Shown in pieces: positions 25,241 to 36,427 of a DNA stretch of 47,833 bases. Under the pieces are notes generated by a model. The model saw only the letters and a program-made list of their open reading frames with translations, ran no database searches and was not told where the DNA came from. The position numbers were made by a program, and so were the translations under genes. Positions within the stretch are counted from its first letter, which is position 1. Each line of letters begins with the position of its first letter. The stretch lies in the UHGV virus genome UHGV-0111856. One strand, written 5' to 3'. This DNA comes from a virus.

Positions 25241-25393
25241 ATGGCTATCACATTGAAGAAGTGCAAACACTGCGGGAGAGAATTTCATGGAACATCAAGA
25301 GCTGAGTTCTGCTGCTCGGGATGCAGACTTAAAAACTTCAGGGAAGAAAGAAAAGCTAAAGGTTTCACAGGAAAGTCTGATGGAGGTTCTTGA
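25241..25393 (+). CDS. small zinc-ribbon protein (50 aa) preceding/overlapping an HNH-AP2 gene
   Basis: MAITLKKCKHCG...FCCSGCR (C-x2-C...C-x2-C) then a basic tail; paralog at 28272-28397; overlooked by the ORF track (shorter than 60 aa). Confidence 0.5.
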   Translation: MAITLKKCKHCGREFHGTSRAEFCCSGCRLKNFREERKAKGFTGKSDGGS

Positions 25394-25853
25394 TTACAGT
25401 CCTGACACCGGGTTGTTTACCTGGATTAATGGCAACTTAAGAAATGTCAAGCCAGGAGATATTGCTGGATATAAAAATTCACGTGGGTACATAAAAATAA
25501 GGGTTTGGTCAAGGCTGTTTTTCGCGCATAGATTGGCGTGGATTTATGTTTATGGAGAAGATATTGATGGGTATGAAATAGACCATATAAATGGTGACAA
25601 ATCAGACAATAGAATTTGCAACCTTAGGATTTCTAGTCACCAACAAAACATGTTCAACATGAAAAAGAAATCAACAAATAAATCTGGTGTAAAAGGTGTG
25701 CATTTCGATAAAAGGTGCAACAAATGGAGAGCGCAGACATCAATAAACAAGAAGAGGGTTCATCTTGGTTTGTTTGACACCATAGAATCAGCAGAAAAGG
25801 CGATTCGTGAATTCATGGTTGCTAACCATAAAGAGTTTATTAATTTAGGGTGA
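25380..25853 (+). CDS. HNH-AP2 homing endonuclease
   Basis: YEIDHINGDKSDNRICNLRISSHQQNM HNH_3 motif + AP2 domain (GVKGVHFDKRCNKWRAQ...GLF); ATG 25380 with AGGAAAG RBS, in +1 frame overlapping the zinc-ribbon ORF end. Confidence 0.75.
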   Translation: MEVLDYSPDTGLFTWINGNLRNVKPGDIAGYKNSRGYIKIRVWSRLFFAHRLAWIYVYGEDIDGYEIDHINGDKSDNRICNLRISSHQQNMFNMKKKSTNKSGVKGVHFDKRCNKWRAQTSINKKRVHLGLFDTIESAEKAIREFMVANHKEFINLG

Positions 25854-25856
25854 GCT

Positions 25857-27791
25857 ATGCATAAAATAGACAAAATGATTTCAGAGATTGATATTGAGAA
25901 GTTAAAGCAATCTATCAAGCCTGGACTCATAGAGCCATATGATTACCAGTGGCTGGTGTATGCAAAGTGCGCAGAAGTAATCCGTAACTTTGGTAGAGAC
26001 CCTAAACCAAGCTATGTTACTGCTTCAGTTTCTAGCGGAAAAACAGTGATGATTGCAATGCTTTGCAGCAGGTTTCAAGATATGGGATGGGAAGGACTTG
26101 TCATTGCCAGGCAGTCAGAAATTATTGATCAGGATGCAAGTGAGCTTTGGAATTTTGGGGTTAAGAACTCACTTTATAGTGCATCGCTAGGCAGAAAGAG
26201 CACTGCTTACCCAATAATCTGCGCCACAGAGGGAACAATTATAAATGCTCTTTTTGACAAGAAAGATGAATCTGGTGAGGTTATTAAAAAATCAGACCTT
26301 TCAGATTACACGCCTAGATTCTGCCTGTGCGATGAGGGACACCAGGTTCCGTGGCAGGACGTCGTAAGTGACAACCCAACAACTCAGTATGGAGTAATAC
26401 TTACTGAGCTTAACAGGCGCTGCAAAGCAAAGTATGGACACGACATGATCACCATCGCTTTCACCGGAAGCCCTTTCCGTGGCACTGAGTCAATGAAGGG
26501 TGCCTACTGGAAGCATGAAATAATAAACATTGACACAAAGTACATGGTAGATCGCGGATTCGTTGTGCCAACAATCTTTGGTCTTCATGATGTCGATGAT
26601 TTACAGTATGACCTTTCTGATTTTCACGGCTCAGATGTTGACGGAACTCAAGACTTTACCGCTGAGCAACTCAAGCAGATGCAGAAAGAAATATTAGAAC
26701 AGGGTACTCTCACGCAAAAAATAATGATGAAGGTCATGGAGCTTACGAAAGACCGCAATGGGGTATTGATTACATGCGCAGGCAAAAAACACTGTTTAGA
26801 AGCTGCAAAATATTTACCAGAGGGGAGTTATGCGATAGTAACTGAAGATATGGGCATGAAAGCTCGCCGGAAGGCTCTAAAAGATGCCTACACTGGAAAA
26901 ATAAAATACACATTCCAAGTTGCGGCGTTAACAACAGGTGTAAACATACCTTTGTGGGATGTAAGTGTGATATTGCGAAAAATAATGTCACTCACTCTTC
27001 TTGTGCAGCTGCTTGGTCGCGGGATGCGCCTGCTGAAGAAAGAACAAATTGATGCCGGGTATCATAAAGAAGACCATCTGGTTCTGGATTTTTCAGGCAC
27101 GATGTTTGAGCTTGGTCAGCTGTATGAAGACCCAATCCTTGAAGAGGCTGAAGCGCAACGTTCGAAACGCAGTGGTGAACAGGTTCCATGTCCTAAGTGC
27201 GGGACAATGAACAGCCCATATGCGCGTCGCTGCATTGGCAAGGATGCACTATCTCCAGATGGTCGGTGCGAAGAGTTTTTCAGTTATATCCGCTGCGGCT
27301 TCGATAAGCACGGCATCCGTATTTTTGATGATGGATGTGGTACTAAAAACGACCCAACGGCGCGTTATTGCCGACATTGCGATCACGTTTTGCGCGACCC
27401 GAATGCGGCGCTGAATGAGCGTGCATATACCGATAATGAGTGGGCTGATGTTATGGATTTCAAAGTCCAGTTGACGAAGGATGGAGAAGGTATTTTGTAT
27501 CGCTACTGGATTAATCGTTGTGATGGCAAAGAAGGCTGGGCTAACGAAGTTTTCTATCCTTATGGCGGCGCAACTCACATGAAAAACATGTTCAAGGCAA
27601 GGGCTATCTTTCCTCACCTTGATGATAAATCAATAGCTGGGAAAATCCTGAAATGCCAGAACGCCAAGCAGTTCATGATGTATGCGGGATTGATTAAAGC
27701 GCCAAAACGCATCACGCATCGTATTAATGATAAAGGTCGCGACATAATCCACAGAAAAGATTTTTCAGGAGAACAAAGTGAAGCAGCTTGA
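25857..27791 (+). CDS. SF2 DNA helicase with C-terminal zinc-ribbon cluster
   Basis: Walker A SVSSGKT, motif II DEGH, motif VI LLGRGMRL; multiple CxxC pairs near the C-terminus. Confidence 0.8.
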   Translation: MHKIDKMISEIDIEKLKQSIKPGLIEPYDYQWLVYAKCAEVIRNFGRDPKPSYVTASVSSGKTVMIAMLCSRFQDMGWEGLVIARQSEIIDQDASELWNFGVKNSLYSASLGRKSTAYPIICATEGTIINALFDKKDESGEVIKKSDLSDYTPRFCLCDEGHQVPWQDVVSDNPTTQYGVILTELNRRCKAKYGHDMITIAFTGSPFRGTESMKGAYWKHEIINIDTKYMVDRGFVVPTIFGLHDVDDLQYDLSDFHGSDVDGTQDFTAEQLKQMQKEILEQGTLTQKIMMKVMELTKDRNGVLITCAGKKHCLEAAKYLPEGSYAIVTEDMGMKARRKALKDAYTGKIKYTFQVAALTTGVNIPLWDVSVILRKIMSLTLLVQLLGRGMRLLKKEQIDAGYHKEDHLVLDFSGTMFELGQLYEDPILEEAEAQRSKRSGEQVPCPKCGTMNSPYARRCIGKDALSPDGRCEEFFSYIRCGFDKHGIRIFDDGCGTKNDPTARYCRHCDHVLRDPNAALNERAYTDNEWADVMDFKVQLTKDGEGILYRYWINRCDGKEGWANEVFYPYGGATHMKNMFKARAIFPHLDDKSIAGKILKCQNAKQFMMYAGLIKAPKRITHRINDKGRDIIHRKDFSGEQSEAA

Positions 27792-28203
27792 TAGCGGTAT
27801 ATGGGTATTTGATAGCGGTTATCGTGGAGAGTGTCCTAAAGAGGAGGCTGACCAGATGGGTTACGGCACATGGATGCAACACCGCTTCCCTGATGTTCTG
27901 TGGTTTCATGTACCCAACGAAACTGGCACATCAAGCAGGGTGCAGTTTGTGCTGAAGCGCCAGAAGATGGGGGTTAAGTCTGGAATAGGCGACAACGTGA
28001 TAATGACGCCTGGTGCGAATCACGGTTGCGGGATGATTGAAGCAAAGCGTCGCGATAAAAGCAAAAGCAGAGTTAGCAAGGAGCAATCTACTGTGTTAAC
28101 TGAGATGTGCAGACTTGGTCATTATGCCGCCATCGCTTACGGTCTTGATGAACTAAAAAAAGCCACGCTTTTCTATTTTGGCTTGCTGAATGATGTAGAT
28201 TGA
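27778..28203 (+). CDS. VRR-NUC family nuclease
   Basis: GDNVIM...GMIEAKRRD PD-(D/E)xK-type VRR-NUC core; GTG start with AGGAG RBS; adjacent to helicase as in many phages. Confidence 0.6.
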   Translation: MKQLDSGIWVFDSGYRGECPKEEADQMGYGTWMQHRFPDVLWFHVPNETGTSSRVQFVLKRQKMGVKSGIGDNVIMTPGANHGCGMIEAKRRDKSKSRVSKEQSTVLTEMCRLGHYAAIAYGLDELKKATLFYFGLLNDVD

Positions 28204-28231
28204 TGTATTGTTAGTAACAAATAAAAGTTAC

Positions 28232-28259
28232 TTGCAATGTAACGGTAAATGATTACAAT
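28232..28259 (+). promoter_or_regulatory. sigma70-like promoter TTGCAA-N16-TACAAT
   Basis: precedes zinc-ribbon ORF start 28272; GATGTAGATT motif at 28192-28201 upstream. Confidence 0.5.
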
Positions 28260-28271
28260 AGAGGATAAGAA

Positions 28272-28397
28272 ATGGCTATCACCGTTAAGAAGTGCGAGGT
28301 TTGCGGAAATGAGTTTATCGGAACTGCAAAAGCAAGATTTTGCTCAGGAAAATGCAGAGTCAAACACCATAGACGGAAGAAAAAGAATACCACGTGA
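28272..28397 (+). CDS. small zinc-ribbon protein (41 aa), paralog of 25241-25393
   Basis: MAITVKKCEVCG...FCSGKCR then HHRRKKKNTT; A-rich AAGAAAAAGAA near the stop. Confidence 0.45.
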   Translation: MAITVKKCEVCGNEFIGTAKARFCSGKCRVKHHRRKKKNTT

Positions 28398-28875
28398 TGT
28401 TGTTTTGGATAGCTTAAATTACAACCCTGAAACAGGGGTTTTCATTAGAAATAAGACAGGTGGAGGTGTAAGAAAGGGTAGTGTTGCTGGCAGGAAAAAA
28501 CATAACGGATACATAGAGATAAGCATAAACAATAAAAGATACTACGCGCATCGCTTGGCATGGTTGATTTATTATGGTTTCTGGCCTGAAGGTCAAATTG
28601 ATCACATTAATGGTGTTCGTGACGATAACAGGATTTGTAACTTAAGAATCGCAACAAACATGCAGAACCAGTACAACGCGAAAAAGCCCAAAAACAACAC
28701 ATCTGGTGTCAAGGGCGTTTACTGGCATAAGCAATGCAATAAATGGCAGGCGTACTGTGATGTTAACGGCAGAAGATACAGCATTGGATTATTCAAGGAT
28801 ATTGAGCAAGCAAAGGTTGCCGTTATGAATTTTAGAGAAAAAATGCACAAAAATTTTTGTAACCACGGAGAATGA
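28309..28875 (+). CDS. HNH-AP2 homing endonuclease (start uncertain: ATG 28309 inside the zinc-ribbon ORF, TTG 28405, or +1 frameshift fusion)
   Basis: GQIDHINGVRDDNRICNLRIATNMQN + AP2 domain; no in-frame ATG between the zinc-ribbon stop and the conserved VVLDSLNYNPETG block. Confidence 0.7.
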   Translation: MSLSELQKQDFAQENAESNTIDGRKRIPRDVVLDSLNYNPETGVFIRNKTGGGVRKGSVAGRKKHNGYIEISINNKRYYAHRLAWLIYYGFWPEGQIDHINGVRDDNRICNLRIATNMQNQYNAKKPKNNTSGVKGVYWHKQCNKWQAYCDVNGRRYSIGLFKDIEQAKVAVMNFREKMHKNFCNHGE

Positions 28876-28877
28876 TA

Positions 28878-29834
28878 ATGAAGGTTTATTTAAATAATGA
28901 GCTGAGTAATAAAGAGTATCATGATGATACAGAGCATATCAATGGGTCTGGATTATGGAATATACTAGACCGTTGCCCGGCAGCGTGGCGCTACAAAGAC
29001 GAAGAAGATGAGCAATCAAAGGCTCTTGTCTTCGGAACCGGTAGCCATACCGCACTGCTTGAGCCTGAGCGCTTCAAAGCAGAGTATGCCCGCATGCCAG
29101 TTGTCGAAGATTTTCCAAAAGACAAAGATGGCAATCGCACGGTGCTGGTAACTGCTTCAGACATGAACTCATGGGCGAAAGAGCGCGGAATAAAAGGCCT
29201 TTCTGGCAAGACAAAGGCTGAGGTGATTAAAATCATTCAGGCCACTGGCGATCCAGTGCAGATTTACGATGTTATCCGTGAAGAAGCAGAGAAGACAGCT
29301 ACTGGTAAATCAATGTTGGAAGGTAATGATTATGACGCCATCATGCAGATGCGCGCCGTAATCCATGCAAACAGCTATTACAGCAGCCTGCTTTCTGGTG
29401 CTTATTCCGAGGTGTCAATTCTCGGCCAGTTGCTTGGCGAACCATCAAAGGTACGCTTTGACTGCCTTACTCGCGGTGGCGACATCATCGACTACAAAAC
29501 AGCGGTGAGCGCCAAACCTGATGAGTTTTTCCGCTACGCTGCGCGGCTCGGATACTTTATGAAGATGGCAATGCAGCACGACATGTTTGTCGAGGCTTAT
29601 GGTCATGCTCCCCGCTCTGTAAACCTCCTGGTGCAGGAGAAGAAATCGCCATTCATCCCTGCGTTGATTCGCCTGACTGATGAGCAGTTACGCATTGGTC
29701 GCATTCAGCTGCGCAGCGCGATGGAAATCTATAAGGCATGCAAAAAAGCAAATTCATGGCCCGGTTACTCAATGGGTAATCCGGTCATCGAAATGGAAAC
29801 GCCAGAATGGTTCAAAAAGCAATTTAACCTGTAA
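28878..29834 (+). CDS. PD-(D/E)xK recombination exonuclease (RecB/Cas4-like fold)
   Basis: RFDCLTRGGDIIDYKT D...D-x-x-D/E-x-K motif; GGAG RBS for ATG 28878; upstream of the RecA-like ATPase and SSB. Confidence 0.55.
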   Translation: MKVYLNNELSNKEYHDDTEHINGSGLWNILDRCPAAWRYKDEEDEQSKALVFGTGSHTALLEPERFKAEYARMPVVEDFPKDKDGNRTVLVTASDMNSWAKERGIKGLSGKTKAEVIKIIQATGDPVQIYDVIREEAEKTATGKSMLEGNDYDAIMQMRAVIHANSYYSSLLSGAYSEVSILGQLLGEPSKVRFDCLTRGGDIIDYKTAVSAKPDEFFRYAARLGYFMKMAMQHDMFVEAYGHAPRSVNLLVQEKKSPFIPALIRLTDEQLRIGRIQLRSAMEIYKACKKANSWPGYSMGNPVIEMETPEWFKKQFNL

Positions 29835-29857
29835 TTTATAGTAAATGAGGTGAAGTG

Positions 29858-30895
29858 ATGGGAATTCTTGATATCAAACCTGCTGAACGTTCAGGTTCTC
29901 GCGTAGTTATTGGCATCTCCGGCCAGTCTGGTAGCGGAAAGACATACAGCGCACTCAAGCTTGCGCGCGGCATGGTTGACTCACCATCTGAAATAGGTTT
30001 TCTGGACACGGAAAACGGTCGCGGGCGTCTTTATTCAAATATCCTTGATGGAAAATTCCTGCATGCTGATTTGTATGCGCCATTTAGTCCAGCTCGTTAC
30101 CGCCAGGCTATCGAAGAGTTTCAGAAAGCAGGCGTTAAAGTGCTGGTTATCGATTCCGGTTCGCATGAATGGGAAGGAGAAGGCGGTTGCTCAGATATAG
30201 CTGATCAGCCTCTGCTGCAAGGAAAGAAAATGGCAGACTGGAAGCGCGCCAAGGCTGAGCACAAAAAATTCATGAGTGCGCTATTGCAGAGCAATATGCA
30301 TATCATCGTTTGCCTGCGTGCACGCAATAAAACAGACTTCAGCAATCCTAAAGACCCAATGCCGCTTGGACTACATCCGGTCTGTGAAAAGGATTTTATG
30401 TTTGAAATGACCGTCAGCATGATGATGTATGACAACGGAAAGGTGCAGGATTTTACCAAGCTACCAGAAGAACTGCGCCCGATATTTTTTGAATCTGGCC
30501 GAGATAGTCAGCATCATGGATATATTGGCGAAGCGCACGGGATGGGTTTAATTAAATGGGTTGAGTCTGGCGTTAAGATCGATGAAGAGTTTGAGCACTG
30601 GCGTTCCAAGTTGCAAATGACCGCTTCACGCGGGGTTGCGGCACTGAATGCTGAGGCTGCAAATATTCCAGATTCAGTCAAAAAGAAAATCAGGGAGATA
30701 TGGTCAACCCTCAAGGCATCAGCAGAAGAGTATGAGCGCATTGAGTCATTCATTAATGATGAATCGCCAGCAGCGGTAACTATCACACCGCAGGACGATT
30801 TCAACCCGGCAAAACTCCAGAAAGCAGATGCGCCAGCGTCATCTGCAACCGAAGAGAAGCCATCAACGTCTCAACAGAACATCGAAAACTTTTAA
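29858..30895 (+). CDS. RecA-like recombination ATPase (Sak4-like)
   Basis: Walker A GISGQSGSGKT, Walker B-like VLVIDS; acidic C-terminal tail. Confidence 0.6.
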   Translation: MGILDIKPAERSGSRVVIGISGQSGSGKTYSALKLARGMVDSPSEIGFLDTENGRGRLYSNILDGKFLHADLYAPFSPARYRQAIEEFQKAGVKVLVIDSGSHEWEGEGGCSDIADQPLLQGKKMADWKRAKAEHKKFMSALLQSNMHIIVCLRARNKTDFSNPKDPMPLGLHPVCEKDFMFEMTVSMMMYDNGKVQDFTKLPEELRPIFFESGRDSQHHGYIGEAHGMGLIKWVESGVKIDEEFEHWRSKLQMTASRGVAALNAEAANIPDSVKKKIREIWSTLKASAEEYERIESFINDESPAAVTITPQDDFNPAKLQKADAPASSATEEKPSTSQQNIENF

Positions 30896-30904
30896 GGGTA
30901 AATT

Positions 30905-31402
30905 ATGGCATCTCGCGGAATCAACAAAGTAATTATTCTTGGCACCATAGGCCAAGACCCGGAAGTTAAATATATGCCATCTGGCGGCGCTGTGTGCAAT
31001 CTGTCTCTGGCAACATCAGAGCAGTGGAGCGATAAAGCAACAGGGGAAAAGAAAGAGCAGACAGAATGGCATCGCGTGGTTATCTTCGGAAAGCTGGCAG
31101 AGGTAGCTGGCGAATACCTGCGCAAAGGCTCTCAGGTGTATGTAGAAGGTAAATTACGCACTCGCAAATGGACAGATCAAAGCGGTGTTGAAAAATACAC
31201 TACTGAAATCGTTTTGCAGCCGATGAACGGTGTTATGCAAATGATTGGTGGTAAATCAAGTGATAATGGAAACCAACAATCACAACAACGGCAACAGTCA
31301 GGAAGTAATCAGCAATCAGGATGGGGCAAACCTCAGCAACCATCAAACACGTCAAAACCACCGGCAAACGAGCCTCCGATGGACGATGACATTCCATTTT
31401 AA
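30905..31402 (+). CDS. ssb: single-stranded DNA-binding protein
   Basis: near-identical block pattern to E. coli SSB ([13 protein letters not shown]...[38 protein letters not shown]) and C-terminal DDDIPF tail. Confidence 0.92.
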   Translation: MASRGINKVIILGTIGQDPEVKYMPSGGAVCNLSLATSEQWSDKATGEKKEQTEWHRVVIFGKLAEVAGEYLRKGSQVYVEGKLRTRKWTDQSGVEKYTTEIVLQPMNGVMQMIGGKSSDNGNQQSQQRQQSGSNQQSGWGKPQQPSNTSKPPANEPPMDDDIPF

Positions 31403-31404
31403 TG

Positions 31405-31432
31405 AAGAAAGGGCCGAAAGGCCCTTTATATT
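31405..31432. terminator. bidirectional terminator between ssb and tailspike gene ends
   Basis: AAAGGGCC-gaaa-GGCCCTTT + TATATT. Confidence 0.7.
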
Positions 31433-33491
31433 AAACAGCTGTGCCAGTAGCATCTACCCATCCAGAGTTATTCGCATTCCGCCATATTGGCTTATTAAGT
31501 GTTGTATCAAAATATTGCATACCGATAACCGCTGTTGAACTTGGTCTGGCATCGGTTGTCCCTGATAAAACACGTATAACATCTCCAACTTCTCGCCAGA
31601 TATTTGTTGCCGTCTTAATGAATCTGTATACCTGACCTGCCCTCATAGTTTTATCAGCATGATCTGCCAGATTGTTAACTAAAAATGATGAGCTATTAAC
31701 AAGCGTAACAGTAGCTGATGCGTTTAGATAAATATCTACCTGCTGGCCTATCATACCCCCATCTAGTCCGGTTATTTGACTTAATGATGCAGTATTTATA
31801 GCGATGACACTAACCCCATCTACGTTAGGGGTTGTCGTAGCGTTACTAGTTACAGATAATCTACCTATTGTTGGAGTGTACTGTAACCCATGCGTAGGCG
31901 GAGAGTTTATCCATCCTAATGAATGCCCATATGAAAAGCATTGATCAACCCATGGCTTGAACCTTAATGAAAGATAGTCTACAACAGCAAAATCATATCC
32001 GTATTTATGTAAGCGTTGCTGACCTGTACCATCTACCGGTGCGTTATCTGTCCACGCCAAGCAGTTGGAAGCCATTATGCGAGTTGCCCCTGGTAACGCT
32101 TCAAAACCTGAATATAATCCATCCCCAGTGCGTGAGTTGTTATATGAATGGCATGTATCCATCATTACGCCGTTAATGAGGTATCCAGGGCCAACGTTGT
32201 TATCCGCTCGGCATCCCCACATTTTATGATGAACTGAACTAGCGCTAATATATATCCCTGTTTCAGATATCTCGCCCATTAGTGCAGAGACATAATGGTT
32301 ATTACCTGCTATTTTTATACCGCAGATATACGGCGCAGCGTTCGTTATTGAATTAAGGCCTTTTACCTGTGCGTTACCTTCCAGTCGGTGAATCTGGCAG
32401 TCTGATGCGCCAGATATCTCGATGGTCCCAACATAATCTGTTCTCACCCTGTTTTTTAGACATTCATTAGCAATGATGTCTTCAAAAAGTCCAATGTTTC
32501 CGCTTGCTTCAAGCCCCTGGTCCTGAAAACCGTAAAAACTACAAGACTTAACGCATATTTCAGGGCCACGAAGGCGAACACCGCCTGTGCTATTGGTGGC
32601 GTCTTTCGCGTCAAAATCTATACCAATTATGCCAAAGCTACGGGAAGTAACATCAGATTGTGATGCGGTTGCCGATGATATAATCCAGTCGTTAGCAAAG
32701 TTTCTGAATCTCGTAGACCCAGGGTTAGCCGATACTGAAAAAGCCCACGGCATAGCACGTCGAACGGAGGGCCCCCTTGCACCAACCAATATAACATTAG
32801 GTTTTGTTTTGACATTTAAATAATATTGACCAGCAGGGCAATGTATGGTTGCACCACCCATCGTATTTGCTGAATCAATCGCCGCCTGCACGTAAGATGA
32901 CAGGTCTTCTGTGCTGGTGAAATTAACAATAGCATCATGTTTTGCCGCAGGTATAAAATCAAAGAGATTCAACACCGTACTCAATCTTGAATGTAGCGAA
33001 TAAGCTAAAGTACCTGAGTTACCATGCTTGTAATCTACTAATTCAGAACCGTTTTCAGAAGAAAGTTCCTGCCTCAAATTAGCATCGCCAACGCTTACAA
33101 GATGAGTCACGTCTACCGCCCAAGAGGTGTTATCAACACCAGTTGTTGTATATGGTGGATTAGTAGCCGCATTTAAACGCCAGAACTCATTCTGATAACG
33201 AATAATCTGATTGCGAGCGGCAATTGTATAAGGCCCATTTTCATAATCTCCTAAAAACTGATAACCAGAGTTTAAGAGAAATTGCTGGAAATCAGACTCC
33301 CTTTGAGTTTGCGCATCCTGAAACTGGTTATTTCTACCAGTATTTGTCAGTCTCTGCACGCCGAATCGGTCGGCGTAGTAATCAGCGCTGCCATTAACTT
33401 CTTCATCAATCTTCCCGGCGTTAAACTTCAGGTCGCGCGGGTCTTCAGAAGGAATTGGCTTGTTAGTTGGGGTAGTAGCCATCGGCTGCAA
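31431..33491 (-). CDS. tailspike / tail fibre with beta-helix (pectate-lyase-like) depolymerase domain
   Basis: 686 aa; N-terminal anchor-like region then long Gly/Asn/Ser-rich repeats typical of right-handed beta-helix; last gene of tail operon. Confidence 0.55.
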   Translation of the reverse strand: MQPMATTPTNKPIPSEDPRDLKFNAGKIDEEVNGSADYYADRFGVQRLTNTGRNNQFQDAQTQRESDFQQFLLNSGYQFLGDYENGPYTIAARNQIIRYQNEFWRLNAATNPPYTTTGVDNTSWAVDVTHLVSVGDANLRQELSSENGSELVDYKHGNSGTLAYSLHSRLSTVLNLFDFIPAAKHDAIVNFTSTEDLSSYVQAAIDSANTMGGATIHCPAGQYYLNVKTKPNVILVGARGPSVRRAMPWAFSVSANPGSTRFRNFANDWIISSATASQSDVTSRSFGIIGIDFDAKDATNSTGGVRLRGPEICVKSCSFYGFQDQGLEASGNIGLFEDIIANECLKNRVRTDYVGTIEISGASDCQIHRLEGNAQVKGLNSITNAAPYICGIKIAGNNHYVSALMGEISETGIYISASSVHHKMWGCRADNNVGPGYLINGVMMDTCHSYNNSRTGDGLYSGFEALPGATRIMASNCLAWTDNAPVDGTGQQRLHKYGYDFAVVDYLSLRFKPWVDQCFSYGHSLGWINSPPTHGLQYTPTIGRLSVTSNATTTPNVDGVSVIAINTASLSQITGLDGGMIGQQVDIYLNASATVTLVNSSSFLVNNLADHADKTMRAGQVYRFIKTATNIWREVGDVIRVLSGTTDARPSSTAVIGMQYFDTTLNKPIWRNANNSGWVDATGTAV

Positions 33492-36000
33492 TCTCCGTAA
33501 TCATTAATTGCCCTATTGTATCATGAACAGGGTTGGTGTAGGCGTACATGGCGTCATTGTATTCAGTTACTGTGAGAGAAACTGTGCCATCTGTACCTGG
33601 AGTTTTCTGGCTGACTGTCCATAATGTTGAGTCAAGCTCAACCTCTGTTGAGATGGCATATCTTGATTCTGACTGAACATTAACACCATCAAAAATGTTT
33701 AGCTCGAAGTCAGATGGTAATGCGCATTCGAATGTATTCAATCCAGTAACGGTACAAGCGAGACGCTCTGACACATTCCCATTGGCGCCAGTGATGACCA
33801 CAAACAGGCCGCTTCCTGCCGTGAGCTGTTCACTGGTGGTAAATACGTTTCCAGACCTTGAACGGATAACGCCAGTCTGCTGCACTGAATCATAAATGTC
33901 GACAACAGAAATCATATCGCCAACGTTCACCCACTCGCCATCAGCAAGCGCTTTTATCTCCATTCCGCGACGTGAGTACATCAGGCGATTGCATTCAAGC
34001 ATGGCCCGGTCTGTTGCCTGATACAGGTTTCGAACATATGGCATGTCGAATTTTTTCGGCTTAGTTGGCTCTCCAGGCTCTATACCGGAAGTGCCAACTT
34101 TATAATAAACGTAAGCCTGTTTGTTTGTGTTTGGGTCGCGGTACTGAACACTTACGCCATCATATGAGCCTGGCAAAGTCATGTCATAAGACATTTTATA
34201 GCCATCGGCCTGCGTGTTTCTGGTATTAAACACAGTTTCAGGGGCTGATTTTTGCTCATCTCTTGAGAAAGACAAGACGCCATCATCCCAAAATACAGTT
34301 ACGCGAGCGGCATCACAGATGGTCTGGATTCGCTCACCAATGGACTTATCCTCATCGTCAAAGGTGTAATCAAAGTACCCAAGGCGCTCATCAGGCAGAG
34401 AATCAGCTATTTCATAAAGCCTGCCTATGTCAATGGTGCTTTCAGGCTGACCGGCGGTAATAAGCCAGTTATGCAGCACTGAATCTGCAAAACTTCTTGA
34501 TGGACTTAACGTATAGTCGACCGTCCCGGCTGTTCTGTTATATCCAATAGTCCAGCGGGTGATCAGCGCGTTATACTTGCGCTCAGTAACTGATGTGGGC
34601 TGAAGCGTGGCCTTCACCGTCACTTTAACAAGGGTATCATCAGGATAAACCACATTCTCACGGATGTTGATGGCGTGCGCCGCCTGCAACGTTACGCGGT
34701 TGCCAGAGTTTGAATTGTTTGTCCTTTCAATGCTGATGGCATACTTAGCCAGCCCATAAGCAGGAGTTAACTTATGCGTGCGATAATAGGTTTTTGTTGT
34801 CTGATTAAATGGGTTGTCAATACTGTCTGCGAGCTGCTCCTCGGTTCCAGGAATGGCATCCCCATTATCATCAACCGCCCATACCTTGATCAGATAATCT
34901 GCCGTGCCACTGGTCGGCCCAAGCTCAGACTGAACGTGAACCCAAACCTGCGTTGATTCCACAGCCCCAACATATGGGCCAACAACGAGCGCCTCATTAT
35001 CCACAATCTGGAAATAAGTGTTGTTGATGGTTGCGCCAGTCAGGTTGCCAAGATTTGCGCCGGTTAGGTTATTGAAGGTGAAATTATAGAAATACTGAAT
35101 ATCAGGAATGACGCCTGTCTCAGTTTCCTCGGCTGAAATGATGTTGCCACTAAGCTGGATATTTTCAGTAACTGGCCCGGATGTCGAGTTGTAGGTAATA
35201 TTTATTGTTAATGACACAGAGTGCGGTAAAGACAACCCCATAAAATAATCGAAATCAGTGTTTTTTGGTATGACCATTAACAACTGTCCGCCAGCATAAT
35301 CACCACTGGTAACAGATGTTGTGGTCGCTGTCTCTATCGGGGTATCTTCTGATTCGTTCAGTCCTGGAACCTCCTGACCATCAAGCCCGTCGAACTGGTA
35401 AGGCTCAATGATTTGCCCGATCACATCACCTGGATTGTAGATGACATGAGTGGCGCCGGGCAGAGAACCAAGATTAGTTTCCGCATAGCGAACCGATGAA
35501 ATGGTGTATTTCCCAAGGCCAAAGTTCATGAATTCAGTGACGTACTTCAGATCGTCAATGTATTCAAAAAGCGATTCCTGAATCAGGTCGGGAAATGCCC
35601 TTATCTGACCGAAGTTGTCAGGTCTTGCCTCTCCGTTTCGCGCAATATTGGTTTGCGATTTCAGGCTATTGTTGGGTGATTCAACCGTCGCGCCAGTGCT
35701 GGTTGATGGCGTTGATGCTTTTGGCAGCAGAAAAGAAAGAACCTTAGTTACAGGCTTGAGTATCGTGCTGATAAGGTCGCCAATGGCGCCGCGAGGCTGA
35801 CAGTAAATGTTAACAATATCGTTTTGCTTTAACGATATCGATAATTCATCATCAGGTCCAAAAATGCGGCCATTCAGCGCAATCCTGATGTCAGATGGAA
35901 GGCCGGAATTCTCCAGCCATCTCCACAGATTAGTGCCAGCAGGAACATTACCCGTCTCTTTTGGAACTCCTGGCATCTTCTGAATGTGAATAACCGGCAT
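33463..36000 (-). CDS. tail tip / host-specificity protein (lambda I-J fusion-like)
   Basis: 845 aa; N-terminal ubiquitin-like 100 aa (gpI-like) followed by a large beta-rich domain; follows K-like gene. Confidence 0.55.
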   Translation of the reverse strand: MPVIHIQKMPGVPKETGNVPAGTNLWRWLENSGLPSDIRIALNGRIFGPDDELSISLKQNDIVNIYCQPRGAIGDLISTILKPVTKVLSFLLPKASTPSTSTGATVESPNNSLKSQTNIARNGEARPDNFGQIRAFPDLIQESLFEYIDDLKYVTEFMNFGLGKYTISSVRYAETNLGSLPGATHVIYNPGDVIGQIIEPYQFDGLDGQEVPGLNESEDTPIETATTTSVTSGDYAGGQLLMVIPKNTDFDYFMGLSLPHSVSLTINITYNSTSGPVTENIQLSGNIISAEETETGVIPDIQYFYNFTFNNLTGANLGNLTGATINNTYFQIVDNEALVVGPYVGAVESTQVWVHVQSELGPTSGTADYLIKVWAVDDNGDAIPGTEEQLADSIDNPFNQTTKTYYRTHKLTPAYGLAKYAISIERTNNSNSGNRVTLQAAHAINIRENVVYPDDTLVKVTVKATLQPTSVTERKYNALITRWTIGYNRTAGTVDYTLSPSRSFADSVLHNWLITAGQPESTIDIGRLYEIADSLPDERLGYFDYTFDDEDKSIGERIQTICDAARVTVFWDDGVLSFSRDEQKSAPETVFNTRNTQADGYKMSYDMTLPGSYDGVSVQYRDPNTNKQAYVYYKVGTSGIEPGEPTKPKKFDMPYVRNLYQATDRAMLECNRLMYSRRGMEIKALADGEWVNVGDMISVVDIYDSVQQTGVIRSRSGNVFTTSEQLTAGSGLFVVITGANGNVSERLACTVTGLNTFECALPSDFELNIFDGVNVQSESRYAISTEVELDSTLWTVSQKTPGTDGTVSLTVTEYNDAMYAYTNPVHDTIGQLMITEIAADGYYPN

Positions 36001-36427
36001 AAGTCAGGAACCTTAATTTTGTTGATAATTTTTCGAGTGTTTTAAGGCGGTCTGTCTTGACTGCCGTTTTCTCTCGCGCATGCAGTATTTTATCACGACC
36101 CCACCACAGCGCGACATGTACCGGATGACTCCCGCGATAGGCAACCACCACATCGCCAACTTTTGGCTGTTCGGTGTCTTTCCAGAATGATACTTCCCCA
36201 TTGAAGCAAGTGACAAAATCGCCACCATTCGAATATGAATCATCGTGATGAACATTGACATTCATGCAAAGGCGATAGAACAGCACCACCAGACCCCAGC
36301 AGTCTACTGCGTCAACGTGACAGCATCTGTCGACGTATGGCTTACCAAGCATCATCCTTTCAAAATCGTCAAACGGTACGCAGTCCGGGAAATTCTGTGA
36401 TGTCATAAAGTTTTGCCACGTTGCCAT
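35948..36427 (-). CDS. tail assembly protein K-like (NlpC/P60 Cys-His peptidase fold)
   Basis: DCWGLV Cys and downstream His (HVALWWG); start uncertain, overlaps upstream gene. Confidence 0.5.
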   Translation of the reverse strand: MATWQNFMTSQNFPDCVPFDDFERMMLGKPYVDRCCHVDAVDCWGLVVLFYRLCMNVNVHHDDSYSNGGDFVTCFNGEVSFWKDTEQPKVGDVVVAYRGSHPVHVALWWGRDKILHAREKTAVKTDRLKTLEKLSTKLRFLTYAGYSHSEDARSSKRDG

